A stretch of 6,172 nt of DNA, taken from Fonticula alba ATCC 38817 (taxonomy: Eukaryota; Protista; Nucleariida). Positions 5,428 through 6,172 of the stretch are shown one piece after another. Made by a program: the position numbers and the translations under genes. The notes under the pieces are model-generated. The model was not told where the DNA came from. It was given only the letters and a program-made list of their open reading frames with translations, and did no database searches. The stretch is taken from the NCBI GenBank assembly GCA_000388065.2, contig KB932237.1. One strand, written 5' to 3'. Position 1 is the first letter of the stretch. Every line of letters begins with the position of its first letter.

Positions 5428-6056
5428 GTGCGCCCCGGTCGGGCCCTGGGCCTGGGCCTCTGGCGTCCGGCCTGGGCCGGTTCGGCAAGGCCACTGGCGC
5501 CTGGCCTGCGCTGGTCCTCTCACCCCCTCCCAGCACCTGGCCTGCGCTGGTCCTCCCGCCCCCGCCCCCGTCCCCGCCCCCGCCCCCGCCCCCGCCCCCG
5601 CCCCAGCACCTGACCCGTCCTCCCCCACCTCCACACCGCCCTGCGCTCGGCACGCAGTTCCACCACCCCCAGGGCTTCCCCATCCCCCAGCCCCCGGGCG
5701 ATGCCGATGCCCACATGGTGGCCTACAACATCTGCAAGGTCACCGGCGAGTCGCTGAGCGTCTTCGACTCGGACCTCTTCGACAAGGGGACCCTTCGCCG
5801 GCCGCAGGCGGTCACCCCGCCGGCGCGCAGCCTCAATGCCATTGAGAGCGGCTTCAGCTCCAATGACGAGGCCTTCGAGCCGGCGTCCCGCTTCGACCCC
5901 TGCCACCTGGGGGTCATTGTCCTGTCGGTGGAGCGCGCCAGCCGCGATGCGCGCCTCTCCAACTCCACCATCGACCGGCACCTGCAGCGGCTGCTGGCGC
6001 ATTCGCTGCTGCACCTGCTGGGGCACGTGCACGAAACGACCCCGACCGCGGAGCTG
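4957..6056 (+). CDS. ybeY: YbeY/YBEY (UPF0054) rRNA maturation factor, putative endoribonuclease; 3'-partial; exons 4957-5427 and 5658-6056, final exon(s) beyond the window; 290 aa visible
   Basis: Exon 1: MSHFFINVYRHRGVNLHREPIR...RLSVDIILTNNAVIRRLNHMYQKTNAPTDVLSFPSNK, matching the family motif LNxxYRxxxxPTDVLSFP. Exon 2: FHHPQGFPIPQP...HLGVIVLSVERA...LLAHSLLHLLGHVHETTPTAEL, matching the LGDI and HGxLHLxGxDH motifs, with His at 6000, 6012 and 6030. The N-terminus resembles the animal YBEY start as I recall it. Confidence 0.92.
5500..5555 (+). repeat. 20-bp direct repeat CCTGGCCTGCGCTGGTCCTC in ybeY intron 1
   Basis: Exact copies at 5500-5519 and 5536-5555. Confidence 0.93.
5553..5604 (+). 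repeat. (CCCCCG)~8 hexamer repeat in ybeY intron 1
   Basis: G at a period of 6 from 5558 to 5600, with one C-to-T variant at 5571. Confidence 0.95.
5658..6056 (+). CDS. ybeY: ybeY exon 2 (133 codons) with the three-His Zn motif
   Basis: Acceptor CACGCAG at 5657 with a CTGAC branch motif at 5610-5614; open frame to the GTACGT donor at 6057. The acceptor is slightly uncertain because in-frame CAG alternatives exist at 5606, 5672 and 5690. Confidence 0.87.
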
Positions 6057-6172
6057 GTACGTCCGACCCGTCCTCTGCCCCCCCCCCCCCTCCTTTTCTC
6101 CCTTTCCTTTGCCCGGTCCCCCTGGGCGGCAATCGACCCGCCCCACCTGGCCGCGGGCGTGCACCTTCCCAT
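6057..6172 (+). other. ybeY intron 2 (5' part, acceptor beyond the window), phase 0
   Basis: GTACGT donor exactly where the conserved Met of the C-terminal helix is expected next; pyrimidine-rich; no AG dinucleotide seen through 6172. Confidence 0.8.

Larger units (their letters stand above)
5428..5657 (+). other. ybeY intron 1, 230 nt, phase 0
   Basis: GTGCGC...CTGAC...GCAG; reading through exon 1 in frame gives low-complexity (PR)n and a stop at 5611-5613. Confidence 0.85.

Noticed and set aside
4558-6164. Minus-strand ORFs 4558..5634, 4980..5426, 5520..6164 and 5723..6172
   Set aside because: These are antisense shadows of the GC3-rich ybeY exons and have no motif of their own.

Overview
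Very GC-rich eukaryotic genomic DNA with spliceosomal introns and an 840-nt assembly gap (1035-1874). Two genes are well supported and are arranged head-to-head. (1) Minus strand: a complete 4-exon mitochondrial-type ClpP protease gene, join(3971..3855, 3741..3670, 3420..3280, 3036..2545), 273 aa. It has an Arg-rich presequence, an intact Ser-His-Asp triad and a ~52-aa Ala/Pro tail. (2) Plus strand: a 3'-incomplete YbeY/YBEY-family gene, join(4957..5427, 5658..6056, continuing beyond the window). It keeps the three Zn-binding His and PTDVLSFP, but carries two large insertions and substitutions at two normally conserved residues (Arg to Gln, Asp to Val). All five introns are phase 0 with GTRCGY donors. 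The rest of the window is low-complexity non-coding DNA: homopolymer C/G tracts whose polarity tracks transcription direction, microsatellites, a 24-bp tandem repeat in the shared promoter, and a palindromic back-to-back poly(A)-like site downstream of clpP. Most ORFs in the supplied track are artefacts of high GC content or of N runs. The organism cannot be determined from the sequence. An animal-like intron pattern suggests a unicellular opisthokont or relative (inference). All comparisons to E. coli and human proteins are from memory, not from a search.
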